DNA of 64,000 bases. It comes from Desulfomicrobium sp. (GTDB lineage: Bacteria > Desulfobacterota > Desulfovibrionia > Desulfovibrionales > Desulfomicrobiaceae). The notes beneath the pieces are model-generated. The model made no database searches. It worked only from the letters and a program-made list of their open reading frames with translations, and was not told the DNA's origin. The translations under genes and the position numbers were made by a program. Positions 1-9,985 of this stretch are shown here, piece after piece. Within the stretch, counting starts at the first letter, position 1; each line of letters begins with the position of its first letter. The stretch covers positions 1,056,001 through 1,120,000 of the forward strand of contig JAXGMI010000001.1 in NCBI GenBank assembly GCA_040768745.1, in the 5' to 3' direction.

Positions 1-2129
1 ATGGCCAATTTGAGCCGCGCGACAGGGGCCAGGGGGCTGTCAGGATGTTCCAGGATGCGGGTGTAGATTTTTTCGGGGTCGCTCATGATGCGGCCGAAAA
101 CGGGACCCATGGCCTCCACCGAAGGCTGGTCCAGGATGCCTTCCTCGGCCAGACGCATTTGGGCGATGAGTCCCCCTTCAGAATCCGGAAACGCATTGGC
201 TGCCCTGTTGTATATTTCCCGGGCCGCGTCGAGTTTTCCGGTTCTGACCAGGATGTCGCCGATGCGGGCCAGGGCCAGGTCCACATCTCCCGCCTTGGGC
301 ACGATGTTGATGTAGGCCCAGAAATAATCCCTGGCCTGATCCAGCTGGCCGCCCATCATGGCCGCGTGACCGGCGGTCATGAGAAAGGTCGGGTCCGCGA
401 GATAGTACCGGGGCCAGCGCTTTTCGATCTTGCCGACAATCTCCAGGGCCTTGTCAAAGAATCCGAGTTCCGAAAAAGCCTTCAGCAAACCGAGGGTGCT
501 GGGCTGCACGGCCTTGCTGCCTGGGAAGTTCTGCAGCACATACTGAAAATGTTCCACTGCCTTGATGAAGTTGCCGCGCCGCAGGGCGTGCTCCCCCCAG
601 TAGTAGTCGATGAGGGGGACCCGCGGATGATCGGGGAATTTGCGGCGCAGGAGGTCGAAATATCCCTTGGCCTCGGGCAGGTTGCCCACGGAAAGATGCA
701 GATAGCCGATACTGGCCAGGGCCTCGGGCACGTTGCGCGAATGGAGGTTCGCGTTTTTCGCGGTTTCGTACGCGCTGAGGATGGTTGTGAAATTTCCCTC
801 CAGATCCCCCTGCCCCTGCTGCATGGTGATGTCGGCCAGGGTGTAGAGCAGGGTTTCGCGCAGGGAATCCGGTAAATTGGGGCGGCCGAGCATGGCTGTG
901 ACGATCTGGCGTCCCCTTGTCATGTTGCCGTCGGACAGGGCGGTCTGTGCTTCCTTGAACAGGGCTTCGAGCTCGGCAGTTGCGTTGACGGCTGTGGGGG
1001 GCGCCGGGTTGTCCAGCGTACTTGCATGGTCCGATGCTGTCTCGTTGCCTGGAGCCGGCATGGAGGAGTGGTTGTCCGGGAGAGGGAACGGGGTTGGCGT
1101 GTCAGGCGGCCCTGGGGCCGGCGACTGTTCCGGAGCAGGCTCAGGCGTGCCATTGCTGACATTGATGGACCATTGAGCCTGGGACGGGGGGGGATTGTCG
1201 GCCTCGGAGCTCTCCTGTCCAGGTCCCCTTGGCAATTCCAATGCGGGAGGAATCCCCCCCAGGTGGGAAACGGACTGGCGGATGGTAGAGCCCCCGGCTC
1301 TCCCGGGTTGGGCGTTGGTCTGGATTTCCTTCGGTGTCGGGGCCGTCAGGCGATCGCCAGCCTCCTGAACAGGAGGGGAGATTTTGCCGCGCAGCGCCCC
1401 CAGCCCAGAGATGAAGTCCGGCTCCCTGACTGACGGCAAGGCTGCATCTGGGGCCGGTGGGGCTTGCGCCGCCGCAGCCGGAGACTCCGGAGCGCCGTGT
1501 TCGGCAGGAGGCTCCAGGGCGAGGCCGGGAGTCCCGGGAAGAGAGGCTGCCGTGTTGTCGGGGGGCGGTATGTGGAGGGTGGCGTTGAGGGCGTCAGGGG
1601 CGGACAGGGCCCTGGAATCCACTGTGGGCTCGACGGGTTGCGAAGTCGTGTCCGTGGCCAAAGAACCCTCGGCTGTGCCGTTTTTGACCAGGGGGTCTGT
1701 CTGATTGTGCCTGGGAATGGCGTCTGCCTCGCGGTGGGTCTTTGCGGACGGACCGATTTCCAGGACCAGTTTTTTCTCCTTCTTGATGATCGAAGAGCGA
1801 TGGGCAAAGTCAGGTGTGCGGATTTTGACGACAATGCCTTCCTGCGTGACGGTCACGTTGTCCACGAATACCGATGCGGAGAAATCCGGAGGGCGCGGCT
1901 TGCGCTCCTTTTGCCAGAAACTCCATGGAATGGGAACAAGGATCCGGGTCTGCCCATGCCGTTTGGGGGCATTGGACGGCAGACGGCTGTCAAAGGTGAA
2001 GACCAGTTGTTCCTCTTCGGGATGCTGTTGCCATGTCAGGGCAGCGCCGAAAGCGGCAGGAGCTGGGAAGAGGCCCAGGATGGCCAGGACAAGAAGCCAG
2101 GTCAGACTGGCGGGGGGATGGGCGTGCAC
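1..2129 (-). CDS. Exported tetratricopeptide-repeat protein (runs off the window start, partial)
   Basis: Manual reading of the minus strand from GTG at 2129 gives a signal-peptide-like N-terminus (HAHPPASLTWLLVLAILGLFPAPAAFGA), a Pro-rich linker, then helical TPR-like repeats. It is absent from the ORF track, consistent with no stop before the window edge. Confidence 0.7.
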   Translation of the reverse strand, partial: MHAHPPASLTWLLVLAILGLFPAPAAFGAALTWQQHPEEEQLVFTFDSRLPSNAPKRHGQTRILVPIPWSFWQKERKPRPPDFSASVFVDNVTVTQEGIVVKIRTPDFAHRSSIIKKEKKLVLEIGPSAKTHREADAIPRHNQTDPLVKNGTAEGSLATDTTSQPVEPTVDSRALSAPDALNATLHIPPPDNTAASLPGTPGLALEPPAEHGAPESPAAAAQAPPAPDAALPSVREPDFISGLGALRGKISPPVQEAGDRLTAPTPKEIQTNAQPGRAGGSTIRQSVSHLGGIPPALELPRGPGQESSEADNPPPSQAQWSINVSNGTPEPAPEQSPAPGPPDTPTPFPLPDNHSSMPAPGNETASDHASTLDNPAPPTAVNATAELEALFKEAQTALSDGNMTRGRQIVTAMLGRPNLPDSLRETLLYTLADITMQQGQGDLEGNFTTILSAYETAKNANLHSRNVPEALASIGYLHLSVGNLPEAKGYFDLLRRKFPDHPRVPLIDYYWGEHALRRGNFIKAVEHFQYVLQNFPGSKAVQPSTLGLLKAFSELGFFDKALEIVGKIEKRWPRYYLADPTFLMTAGHAAMMGGQLDQARDYFWAYINIVPKAGDVDLALARIGDILVRTGKLDAAREIYNRAANAFPDSEGGLIAQMRLAEEGILDQPSVEAMGPVFGRIMSDPEKIYTRILEHPDSPLAPVARLKLA

Positions 2130-2159
2130 GCGATGTTGCTAGCAAGATCCGGGCAAAAA

Positions 2160-3167
2160 TCACAACATATTTTTTTTCTTTAATTTTTCGATCAATGTAG
2201 TGCGTTTGATGCCCAAAATTTCGGCGGCTTTGTTTTTTACCCCGTCGGCGTTCCCCAGGGCCTCGGTCAGGAGCCGCTCCTCCACTTGGTCCAGGAATTC
2301 CTTCAGGCCCAGTTCCTGTTCGCGCAGGTCCTTGAGTTCGGGCCAGTGGAAGCCCGCTTCATGAAGAACAACCACCCGCTTGGGCACCTCCACTCCGGTT
2401 TCGCGCAGGATCTTGTCCGGAAGGTCGGCCAGGCAGACGCTGTCCCCTTCGCAGAGGATGGACAGGCGTTCCATGAAATTCTCCAATTCACGGACATTGC
2501 CGGGCCAGGAATAGTGGGAAAGAATATCGAGGACGTGATCCCCTATGGCCAGCCCTCCCGGACGGTGCTGCTCACAGAACCGCTGCAGAAAGTGCTGGGC
2601 CAGGATCAGGACGTCTCCTCCGCGTTCCCGCAGCGGCGGAAGGACGATGGGAATGACATTGAGGCGATAGAACAGGTCCTCCCGGAATGTTCCCCTGCGC
2701 ACCTCCTCCTCCAGGTCCCGGTTGGTGGCCGCCACCACCCGCACGTCGGCCTTGATGGTCTTGGTTCCCCCGACGCGATCGAACTCCCGCTCCTGCAGAA
2801 CGCGCAGGATCTTGACTTGCAGGGACAGGTCCATCTCCCCAATCTCATCCAGAAAGACCGTTCCGCCCTGGGCCATCTCAAACCGGCCGATCTTGGTCCG
2901 TATGGCATGGGTGAAGGCCCCTTTTTCGTGGCCGAAAAGTTCAGATTCGAGGAGCTCCCGCGGGATGGCCCCGCAGTTGATGGGGACAAAGGGTTTGTCA
3001 GCCCGCTTGCTGTTGCGGTGCAGGGCCCGGACCAGCAGTTCCTTGCCTGTCCCTGATTCGCCTGTAACCAGGACGGTGCTGTCCGACGGCGCGACCCGGG
3101 TCAGGATGCGAAATACATCTTGCAAGGCCGAACTCTTGCCAATAATTCCCGAAGGATCAAACGACAT
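2160..3167 (-). CDS. Sigma54-dependent transcriptional activator (AAA+ plus Fis HTH, no N-terminal sensor; FleQ/FlrA-like)
   Basis: Walker A GESGTGKE, ESELFGHEKGAFTHA, Walker B FLDEIGE, WPGNVREL, C-terminal AAEILGIKRTTLIEKLKK. Confidence 0.92.
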   Translation of the reverse strand: MSFDPSGIIGKSSALQDVFRILTRVAPSDSTVLVTGESGTGKELLVRALHRNSKRADKPFVPINCGAIPRELLESELFGHEKGAFTHAIRTKIGRFEMAQGGTVFLDEIGEMDLSLQVKILRVLQEREFDRVGGTKTIKADVRVVAATNRDLEEEVRRGTFREDLFYRLNVIPIVLPPLRERGGDVLILAQHFLQRFCEQHRPGGLAIGDHVLDILSHYSWPGNVRELENFMERLSILCEGDSVCLADLPDKILRETGVEVPKRVVVLHEAGFHWPELKDLREQELGLKEFLDQVEERLLTEALGNADGVKNKAAEILGIKRTTLIEKLKKKNML

Positions 3168-3252
3168 AGGCCCTCCTGAACAGGGAATGCACTGAACGCT
3201 GTCGTGATGTTTGTCCAACTGTCAAGAATATGACAGAAAAGCAACTCCAAAT

Positions 3253-3963
3253 ATGCGGATGCTGAATTTTTCTCCACAGAGCTGCACAGCCACCTTCCTG
3301 GGCCGGGAAAAACGGTTCCTGATCCATGCGGAACTCCGTGGCCATCCCGTCACTGTGCACACCAACAATTCGGGGTCCATGCTCGGCCTGCTCAGGCCAG
3401 GCATGGATATCTTCATTTCCCCGGCCCCGTCTCCCGCAAGGAAGCTGCCCTATACATTGGAACTGGTCCGGCCGGGGAAGGACTGGATCGGCGTGAACAC
3501 CCTGACTCCCAACAGGCTGCTGCAGAAGGCATGGACTGCGGGAATGCTGCCGGAGCTGGTCGGATACGGGCATTTCCAGGCCGAGGCAGTGCGCGGGGCG
3601 TCCCGGCTGGATGCCTGTCTCGCGGGGCCACAGGGCGAGTTCTGGATCGAGGCCAAGAACGTGACCATGGTCGAGGATCAGGTGGCTGCCTTCCCGGACG
3701 CCGTCACAAAGCGGGGGCAAAAGCATCTGCGGGAGCTGATGGAGTTGGCCCGCCAGGGGGCGCGGGTGGGCGTGTTTCTGGCGGTGCAGCGTCCGGACGG
3801 CCTGTGTTTTGGTCCGGCTGACTACATCGATCCGACCTTTGCGGAACTTTTTTGGCTGGCCGTCGATCATGGCGTGGAGTTCATGCCCTACGTGGTGCAC
3901 GCCAGTCCCGGGGGCATCGCCTTGGGTCACAAGCTGCCGTTGATTTCAAGGCCGCAAGAATGA
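3253..3963 (+). CDS. sfsA: DNA/RNA nuclease SfsA (sugar fermentation stimulation protein)
   Basis: REKRF, HTNNSGSMLGL, IEAKNVT, FPDAVTKRGQKHLREL motifs. Confidence 0.9.
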   Translation: MRMLNFSPQSCTATFLGREKRFLIHAELRGHPVTVHTNNSGSMLGLLRPGMDIFISPAPSPARKLPYTLELVRPGKDWIGVNTLTPNRLLQKAWTAGMLPELVGYGHFQAEAVRGASRLDACLAGPQGEFWIEAKNVTMVEDQVAAFPDAVTKRGQKHLRELMELARQGARVGVFLAVQRPDGLCFGPADYIDPTFAELFWLAVDHGVEFMPYVVHASPGGIALGHKLPLISRPQE

Positions 3964-4025
3964 ACTCCAGACCTGCCCCCCGGGAGGGCAGGTGATATCC
4001 GTCCAAGCACATGCAGGAAATAACA

Positions 4026-4901
4026 ATGAAGGATCAACTCATCCGGGTCATTTCCGGTGAAATCAATGTCCGGGCCATGGCCTGTCTGACAACGGAGACG
4101 GTGCGCGCAGTCTGCGCCCGGCACCGGACCAGGCCTACGGCTTCCGTGGCCCTGGGCCGCGCCCTGACCGGTGGCGTGCTGCTGGGTGCCTTGCTCAAGG
4201 GGCGCCAGCGGGTGGCTCTCAAATTCGAGGGCAACGGCCCCCTGGGCAAGATCGTCGTTGAGGCAGACCCCATGTGTCTGGTCCACGGCTACGTGGGCAA
4301 TCCGAACGTGGACCTGCCCCTCAAGGGAGGTCGATTCGACATCCCGAGGGCCCTGGGCCATGCCGGATTGCTGACCGTGACCAAGGATCTGCTGCTCAAA
4401 AATCCCTATCAAGGGGTGGTCAACCTCGTGTCGGGTGAGATCGCCGAGGATATCGCCTACTACCTGACCGATTCGGAGCAAACGCCATCTGCCATGGGCC
4501 TGACCACCATCCCCGACGATTCCGGGGGAATCGTTGTGGCCGGCGGGTTTCTGATTCAGTCCCTGCCTCCGGCCAACGAGGGTGCGCTCGACCTGTTGAG
4601 CCGGCGCATTGCGGACTTGCCCCCGTTGGGCAAGGTTTTCCATGCCGGGGAAACGCCCAGGGACCTCCTGGACCGGATTTTTGGGGATATCCCCTACGAG
4701 ATCCTCGGCCACCAGGACGTGGCCTTCCACTGCCCCTGCTCCCGGGACCGTGTGGAGCAGGCCCTCGTCACCCTGGGCCCTGCCGAAATCCGGTCTCTGG
4801 CCGAGCGAGCCGAGGACACGACCGTGACCTGCGAATTCTGCCGCGAGCCCTACACCTTCACCCCCGATGACCTGCGTCGGCTGGCGGACGAGCGGCACTA
4901 G
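4026..4901 (+). CDS. hslO: Hsp33 redox-regulated chaperone
   Basis: ALGRALTG, GNGPLG, GEIAEDIAYYLTDSEQTPS, zinc motif CPCS...CEFC. Confidence 0.93.
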   Translation: MKDQLIRVISGEINVRAMACLTTETVRAVCARHRTRPTASVALGRALTGGVLLGALLKGRQRVALKFEGNGPLGKIVVEADPMCLVHGYVGNPNVDLPLKGGRFDIPRALGHAGLLTVTKDLLLKNPYQGVVNLVSGEIAEDIAYYLTDSEQTPSAMGLTTIPDDSGGIVVAGGFLIQSLPPANEGALDLLSRRIADLPPLGKVFHAGETPRDLLDRIFGDIPYEILGHQDVAFHCPCSRDRVEQALVTLGPAEIRSLAERAEDTTVTCEFCREPYTFTPDDLRRLADERH

Positions 4902-5035
4902 TGGGAGTGAAGAAGCCTCCGGCGGGCTGACGAGATCCACGGAGGCTCGCCCCTGCACTCCGTTCAAAAGGTCGGTTTCTCTTGTTCCCAAAGGCATGGA
5001 TCCCCGCCTTTCGGGAATTCCGATCAATGGGCGTG

Positions 5036-5076
5036 AAAAAGGCCGCCCTCCTTCCGAAAAACGGCCTTGTTGCTTT
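5036..5076. terminator. Probable bidirectional intrinsic terminator between convergent hslO and folE2
   Basis: AAAAAGGCCG...CGGCCTTGTTGCTTTT stem with A-run and T-rich flanks; the loop is long. Confidence 0.4.
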
Positions 5077-5186
5077 TCGTCTTCAAAAAATCAGACCATC
5101 ATGTCGAAATGCGTGTGCAGGGCTGCACGTTCTCCATCATGGGGGCGTCTCCTCAGGGGTTCACAATATCCCGGCCGGACGTTTCG

Positions 5187-5960
5187 TCATTCCCCCATCT
5201 GTTCGATGCAGGCGTAGGCGCTGTGGTTGTGGATGGACTCGAAGGACTCCACCTCCACCCGGAATCCGCGCACCCGGGGATGTGCGGACAGGCGGGCCGC
5301 GGCGTTGCGGACCACGTCTTCCACAAAGGCGGGGGAGGCAAAGGCCGTTTCGGTCACGAATTTTTCGTCCTCGCGCTTGAGGAGCGCATAGACCGGTGAC
5401 GAGCCCGACTGCTGGCCGATGGCGATGAGGTCTTCCAGCCAGAGCATGCCCGAAAATTCAGCCTCAATGCGGACCAGAGCTCGTTGGCTGTGCGCCCCCT
5501 CGTCGGAAATGGCCTTGGAGCAGGGGCAGACGGTCATGACCGGCACCTCCACGCCCAGGACCAGCCTGACCTTGTCGTCCAGCAGGTTTCCCCGCAGGAA
5601 GCAGGGGTAATCCATGAGCGCGGGGCTGCCCGTGACCGGCGCCTCGTGCTCCAGGAAATAGGTGAACTGGAAACACAGGTGGGAGCTGCGGGCCTGCAGC
5701 CGGTCCCGCAGATCCAGAAGCAGATTGCCGCAGCTGGCCGCATCCAGGACCGTGTTCATGTTCCGCAGCGCCTCCAGGAAACGGCTCATGTGCGTGCCCT
5801 TGAACTCTGCCGGAAGGTCCACGCTCAAGTCCACCCTGGCCACTGTGTGCTGCCGCCCCCTGGCCCTGTCCCTGACTGTCAGCGGGATGGAAAGCTCCTT
5901 GACTCCAACCCGGTCGATGCGCAGGGCCACCTCCGCCGGCCCGCTTTGTACGTCGCGCAT
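5187..5960 (-). CDS. folE2: GTP cyclohydrolase FolE2
   Basis: [53 protein letters not shown]. Confidence 0.95.
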   Translation of the reverse strand: MRDVQSGPAEVALRIDRVGVKELSIPLTVRDRARGRQHTVARVDLSVDLPAEFKGTHMSRFLEALRNMNTVLDAASCGNLLLDLRDRLQARSSHLCFQFTYFLEHEAPVTGSPALMDYPCFLRGNLLDDKVRLVLGVEVPVMTVCPCSKAISDEGAHSQRALVRIEAEFSGMLWLEDLIAIGQQSGSSPVYALLKREDEKFVTETAFASPAFVEDVVRNAAARLSAHPRVRGFRVEVESFESIHNHSAYACIEQMGE

Positions 5961-6379
5961 CAGACCAGGTCCTGTCCGGTGGTGGCCAGACTGAGTTTGC
6001 CGTGCTTGACGCCCTTGGTGGAGATCAGCCGCTCGGCCGTGGCCTTGATGTCCTGGCCAGGACCGCGCAGGACGAGCACCTCCATGCAGTTGTGATGGTC
6101 CAGGTGGATATGCAGGGAGGTGATGATGACATCCAGGCTCGAGTGCTGGATCTCGATCATTTTCTGGGCCAGGTCCGAATGGTGATGGTCATACACCAGG
6201 GTCAGGGTACCCACCATTTCCCGGTTCAGGTCCTCCCATTCCTTCTGCACCAGGGTGTTGCGGATGAGGTCCCGGATGGCCTCTGAGCGGGTCTGGTAGC
6301 AGCGTTCTTCGCACAGGGCGTCGAATTTTTCCAGCAGGTCGGAGTCCAGAGAAACCCCGAAACGTATGGTTTGACCCAT
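5960..6379 (-). CDS. nikR: Nickel-responsive regulator NikR
   Basis: [11 protein letters not shown] ribbon-helix-helix, [25 protein letters not shown]. Confidence 0.95.
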   Translation of the reverse strand: MGQTIRFGVSLDSDLLEKFDALCEERCYQTRSEAIRDLIRNTLVQKEWEDLNREMVGTLTLVYDHHHSDLAQKMIEIQHSSLDVIITSLHIHLDHHNCMEVLVLRGPGQDIKATAERLISTKGVKHGKLSLATTGQDLV

Positions 6380-6396
6380 TCATTCCTCCTTGTTCA

Positions 6397-7059
6397 TTAC
6401 AGACGGCTAAGTTCCCAGACATTGACGGTCATGCGGGAGTGTTCAAAGGGAACCACCACCTGGCCTTGGTTTCTGACCCTCCAGCCCCGCCGGGCGAATC
6501 TGGACCACACATTGCGGGACACGGTCCGCTCCGGATCCCCGAACCAGACCTGGCCCCCGGGGGCCAGACAGCGCAGCAGAAGCGCTTCCAGGGGCTCGAA
6601 AAAACGCTGTTCGTAGAGGACATCCCCGCCCCAGATACAGTCAAACGTTCCAGCCGAAAATCCCGGATGGTTCCAGTCCATGCGCACCCACAGCGGCTGG
6701 GGCACCCCGTTCAGGCGGGCATTGCCTGACGCGTAGCGCAGGGCGTCCTCCTCGCAGTCCATGCCGACCACTTCAGCTCCGAGATCCGACGCCACCAGGG
6801 CGGACAGGCCCAGACCGCAGCCGAGGTCCAGACAGCGGCTTCTGGCCAGGGACTGTGCGTTGCGGGCCAGCCAGTCGCACAGGGCCAGGGTCGCCGGCCA
6901 CAGCTCCACCCAGTAGGGAATGTGCTCCTCGGCCTCGGGGTCGGTCTCATCCAGGCCCTGCCACAGTGATTCCAGATCCGCCGGGCGTTCCAGGACCCAT
7001 GACCTGCCGGCAGCGAACACATGGAGCCTCTGGCGCCGGGGCCGATCACTGTCCGGCAT
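6397..7059 (-). CDS. Class I SAM-dependent methyltransferase (protein-lysine methyltransferase-like)
   Basis: PYWVELWP, LDLGCGLGL, GGDVLYE. Confidence 0.8.
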   Translation of the reverse strand: MPDSDRPRRQRLHVFAAGRSWVLERPADLESLWQGLDETDPEAEEHIPYWVELWPATLALCDWLARNAQSLARSRCLDLGCGLGLSALVASDLGAEVVGMDCEEDALRYASGNARLNGVPQPLWVRMDWNHPGFSAGTFDCIWGGDVLYEQRFFEPLEALLLRCLAPGGQVWFGDPERTVSRNVWSRFARRGWRVRNQGQVVVPFEHSRMTVNVWELSRL

Positions 7060-8545
7060 CAGGATGCATGCCTGCCATCATCAGGCCGATGTTGTCGACG
7101 CGCTGACGGTCCTGGGCTGAAAAGGTGTCCACGATGCGGCCGCCGAACATGACCGCGATGCGGTCGGCCAGGGCCAGGGCCTCGGCCAGGTCCCCGGTGA
7201 CCAGGAGAATTCCGGCCTCTTGGCGGGCATCCAGGAGTGTGGCCCAGACCTCCTCGATGGCCGAGACATCCAGCCCCTGGGTGGGCTGCTCGGCCACGAT
7301 CAGGCGCGGGCGGCGATGGAATTCGCGGGCCAGGACAAGCTTCTGCAGGTTTCCGCCGGACAGCTGGCGGGCCAGGCAATGCACGTCCGGCGGTGAAACC
7401 TTGAACTGGTCCACCAGTTCCTGGGTCACAGCAGTGGCCTTGCTGCGCTGGAGCCAGACAGGGGTGGAGTATCCCTGGCGGGTGGTGAGCAGAAAATTGT
7501 CCACCAGGTCCATGCCCCGGCAGACCGCCAGGCCCATGCGGTCCTCGGGTATGTAGCTCAGGCCTCCCTGCCAGGGTGCGTTGTCAAAAAAAATTTTCCA
7601 GGGTTTGCCGAGAAGGCTGATTTCCCCCCGGGCAGGGGCTTGCAGGCCGCAGATCGTCTCGACCAGATCCTTCTGGCCGTTTCCGGCCACGCCGACGACG
7701 GCCAGGATTTCACCCTGCCGGAGGCTGACCGAAATGTCCTGAAGGCTCCCGGCCCACACGCCCTGCATGCGCAGGACGTTCTGGCGGAGTTCTCCGGGTT
7801 CGCGGGACACGTCCAGGAGCACTTCGCGGCCGACCATGCGACTGGCCAGGTCGGCCTGGGAGTGGACCGCTTGGGCTGGAACTTCGTCCACGATCTGCCC
7901 CCTGCGCAGGATGGCGATCTCGTCGGCCAGGGCCATGACCTCCCCCAGTTTGTGGGAGATGTACACAATGGCCTTACCCTGGGCCGCCATGCTCCTCAGG
8001 GCCACGAAAAGCTGTTCCCCTTCCTGGGGGGTGAGCACGGCCGTGGGTTCGTCAAAGATGAGGATGCGGCTTTTGCGGTGCAGGAGTTTGAGGATCTCCA
8101 CGCGCTGCTTCTCGCCCATGGACAGGTCGGCCACCCGGGCGTCGGGGTCGATGTCCAGGCCGTAGGTCTTGGCCAGACCGCGAACCTGGTGGCCCATGGC
8201 CTGGGGCGAAAGGAAAAAGCCCGGTTCCTGCCCGAGGAACACGTTTTCGGTCACGCTCATGTCCTCCACCAGCATGAAGTGCTGGTAGACCATGCCGATC
8301 CCGGCCCGGAGGGCGTCCCTGGTGGAGCGGAAAAGACACGCTTGCCCGTCAACGAGAATCTCGCCGGAATCGGGGTGGTAGTGACCGGCCAGGATGGACA
8401 TCAGCGTGCTCTTGCCCGCCCCGTTTTCGCCCAGCAGGGCCTTGATCCGGCCCGGCCTGATGTCCAGGCTGATGTCGCTGTTGGCCCGCACCTGGCCGAA
8501 AGCCTTGGTGATGCCACGCAGGCTGACCACGGGCGGGGTGGACAT
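7046..8545 (-). CDS. Nucleoside/sugar ABC transporter ATP-binding protein (two ATPase domains)
   Basis: GENGAGKST, LSMGEKQRVEI, FDEPT, LSGGNLQK; alternative GTG start at 8563. Confidence 0.92.
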   Translation of the reverse strand: MSTPPVVSLRGITKAFGQVRANSDISLDIRPGRIKALLGENGAGKSTLMSILAGHYHPDSGEILVDGQACLFRSTRDALRAGIGMVYQHFMLVEDMSVTENVFLGQEPGFFLSPQAMGHQVRGLAKTYGLDIDPDARVADLSMGEKQRVEILKLLHRKSRILIFDEPTAVLTPQEGEQLFVALRSMAAQGKAIVYISHKLGEVMALADEIAILRRGQIVDEVPAQAVHSQADLASRMVGREVLLDVSREPGELRQNVLRMQGVWAGSLQDISVSLRQGEILAVVGVAGNGQKDLVETICGLQAPARGEISLLGKPWKIFFDNAPWQGGLSYIPEDRMGLAVCRGMDLVDNFLLTTRQGYSTPVWLQRSKATAVTQELVDQFKVSPPDVHCLARQLSGGNLQKLVLAREFHRRPRLIVAEQPTQGLDVSAIEEVWATLLDARQEAGILLVTGDLAEALALADRIAVMFGGRIVDTFSAQDRQRVDNIGLMMAGMHPDAGQ

Positions 8546-8566
8546 GCCGATGACCGAGGCCACGGG

Positions 8567-9055
8567 TCAGCCCTGCCGCATCCCGGCGGCGATGGGCTGC
8601 ACGAACTGGGATTCGGCATCCCAGGGGAAGAGGATCCAGGTGTCCTGGCTGACCTCGGTGATGAAGGTGTCCACCAAGGGCCGCCCGGCCGGTTTGGCGT
8701 AGACGGTGGCGAAATGGGCCTTGGGCAGGAGATCGCGGATGAGTTTTGCGGTGCGGCCGGTGTCGACCAGGTCGTCGATGATGAGCCAGCCTTCGCCATT
8801 GCCCGGAATGCCCTTCAGGAGTTTCACCTCGCCCTTCTGATTTTTCCAATCGTAGCTGGACACGCAGATCGTGTCGACCAGCCGGATATCTAGTTCGCGG
8901 GCAATGATGGCCGCGGGGACAAGGCCGCCGCGGGTCACGGCGATGATGCCGTTGAAGAAGTCCTTGTCCAGGAGACGCCAGGACAGGGCCTTGGCGTCGC
9001 GGTGCAACTGGTCCCAGGAAATGGGGTAGGTGCGTTGATACCTGTTTTCGGTCAT
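8567..9055 (-). CDS. gpt: Xanthine-guanine phosphoribosyltransferase
   Basis: [39 protein letters not shown]. Confidence 0.93.
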   Translation of the reverse strand: MTENRYQRTYPISWDQLHRDAKALSWRLLDKDFFNGIIAVTRGGLVPAAIIARELDIRLVDTICVSSYDWKNQKGEVKLLKGIPGNGEGWLIIDDLVDTGRTAKLIRDLLPKAHFATVYAKPAGRPLVDTFITEVSQDTWILFPWDAESQFVQPIAAGMRQG

Positions 9056-9064
9056 GTGGGTGCC

Positions 9065-9985
9065 CTATTCCGAAGGTTCGACGTTGACGCCGAGCGCGGC
9101 TGGCGCTTCGGTGCGATGACCGCGCCAGGACGAAAAGGCCAGGGCGGCGATGGTCAAGACATAGGGGAGCATGAGCAGGATGGACGAGGGCAAGGCTGTG
9201 CCCATGGCCTGCAGGCGGAGCTGAAAGGCCATGACCCCCCCGAAAAGGTAGGCCCCGAGCATGGCCCTGCCCGGCTTCCAGAAAGCGAAGATGACCAGGG
9301 CCACGGCGATCCAGCCGCGGCCGGAGGTCAAGCCGTTGGTCCACAGGTGGGTGTAGGCCAGGCTCAGGTAGCTGCCGCCGCACCCCACCAGGATTCCGCC
9401 ACCCAGGAGGGCTGCCCACCGGAAGCCGAGGACGTTCAGTCCTGCGGCACGGGTCGCGGCCGGGCTTTCCCCGGCGGCGCGGATGCCCAGACCCCAGCGG
9501 GTATAGCGGAGAAAGGCCCACATGAGGGGGGGAATCAGATAGGATGTGTACACCAGGGCGTCCTGCTGGAAGAGTATCGGACCCAGGACAGGCAGTTCGC
9601 CCAGGATGGGGAGGGAGAATTTGTCAAACCCGGGGGCGGTCTGCCCGATGTACCGGGTGCCGAAATATCCGGCCAGGCCCGTGCCGAAGATGGTCAGGGC
9701 CAGGCCGGAGACGACCTGGTTGCCCAGAAAGGCGATGCACACAATGCCGTGTACAGCGGCCATGCCCATGCCGGCCAGCCCTCCGGCCACAAAGGCCAGA
9801 ACCGGCGAGCCCGTGTGCAGGGCGACCAGGAAGCCCGCCAGCGCCCCGACCAGCATCATCCCCTCCACGCCCATGTTCAGGGTGCCGCCCTTTTCGGTCA
9901 GGATCTCGCCCAGGGTGGCAAAAAGGATGGGCGTGCCGGCCTGAATCGTGGCCGCCAGCAGGGAGAGCAGGATTTCCGGGCTCAT
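9065..9985 (-). CDS. Nucleoside ABC transporter permease
   Basis: ATLGEILTEKGGTLNMGVEG, GRGWIAVALVIFAFW; true start MSPEIL at 9985. Confidence 0.9.
   Translation of the reverse strand: MSPEILLSLLAATIQAGTPILFATLGEILTEKGGTLNMGVEGMMLVGALAGFLVALHTGSPVLAFVAGGLAGMGMAAVHGIVCIAFLGNQVVSGLALTIFGTGLAGYFGTRYIGQTAPGFDKFSLPILGELPVLGPILFQQDALVYTSYLIPPLMWAFLRYTRWGLGIRAAGESPAATRAAGLNVLGFRWAALLGGGILVGCGGSYLSLAYTHLWTNGLTSGRGWIAVALVIFAFWKPGRAMLGAYLFGGVMAFQLRLQAMGTALPSSILLMLPYVLTIAALAFSSWRGHRTEAPAALGVNVEPSE

Noticed and set aside
2139..2156. Sigma54-like promoter upstream of the TPR gene (TTGCCCGGATCTTGCT on the minus strand)
   Set aside because: It lacks the near-invariant GG at -24 and lies almost on top of the start codon.
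3971..3993. Hairpin ACCTGCCC-N7-GGGCAGGT between sfsA and hslO
   Set aside because: There is no U-tract and no second copy was noticed, so it cannot be called a terminator or REP element.
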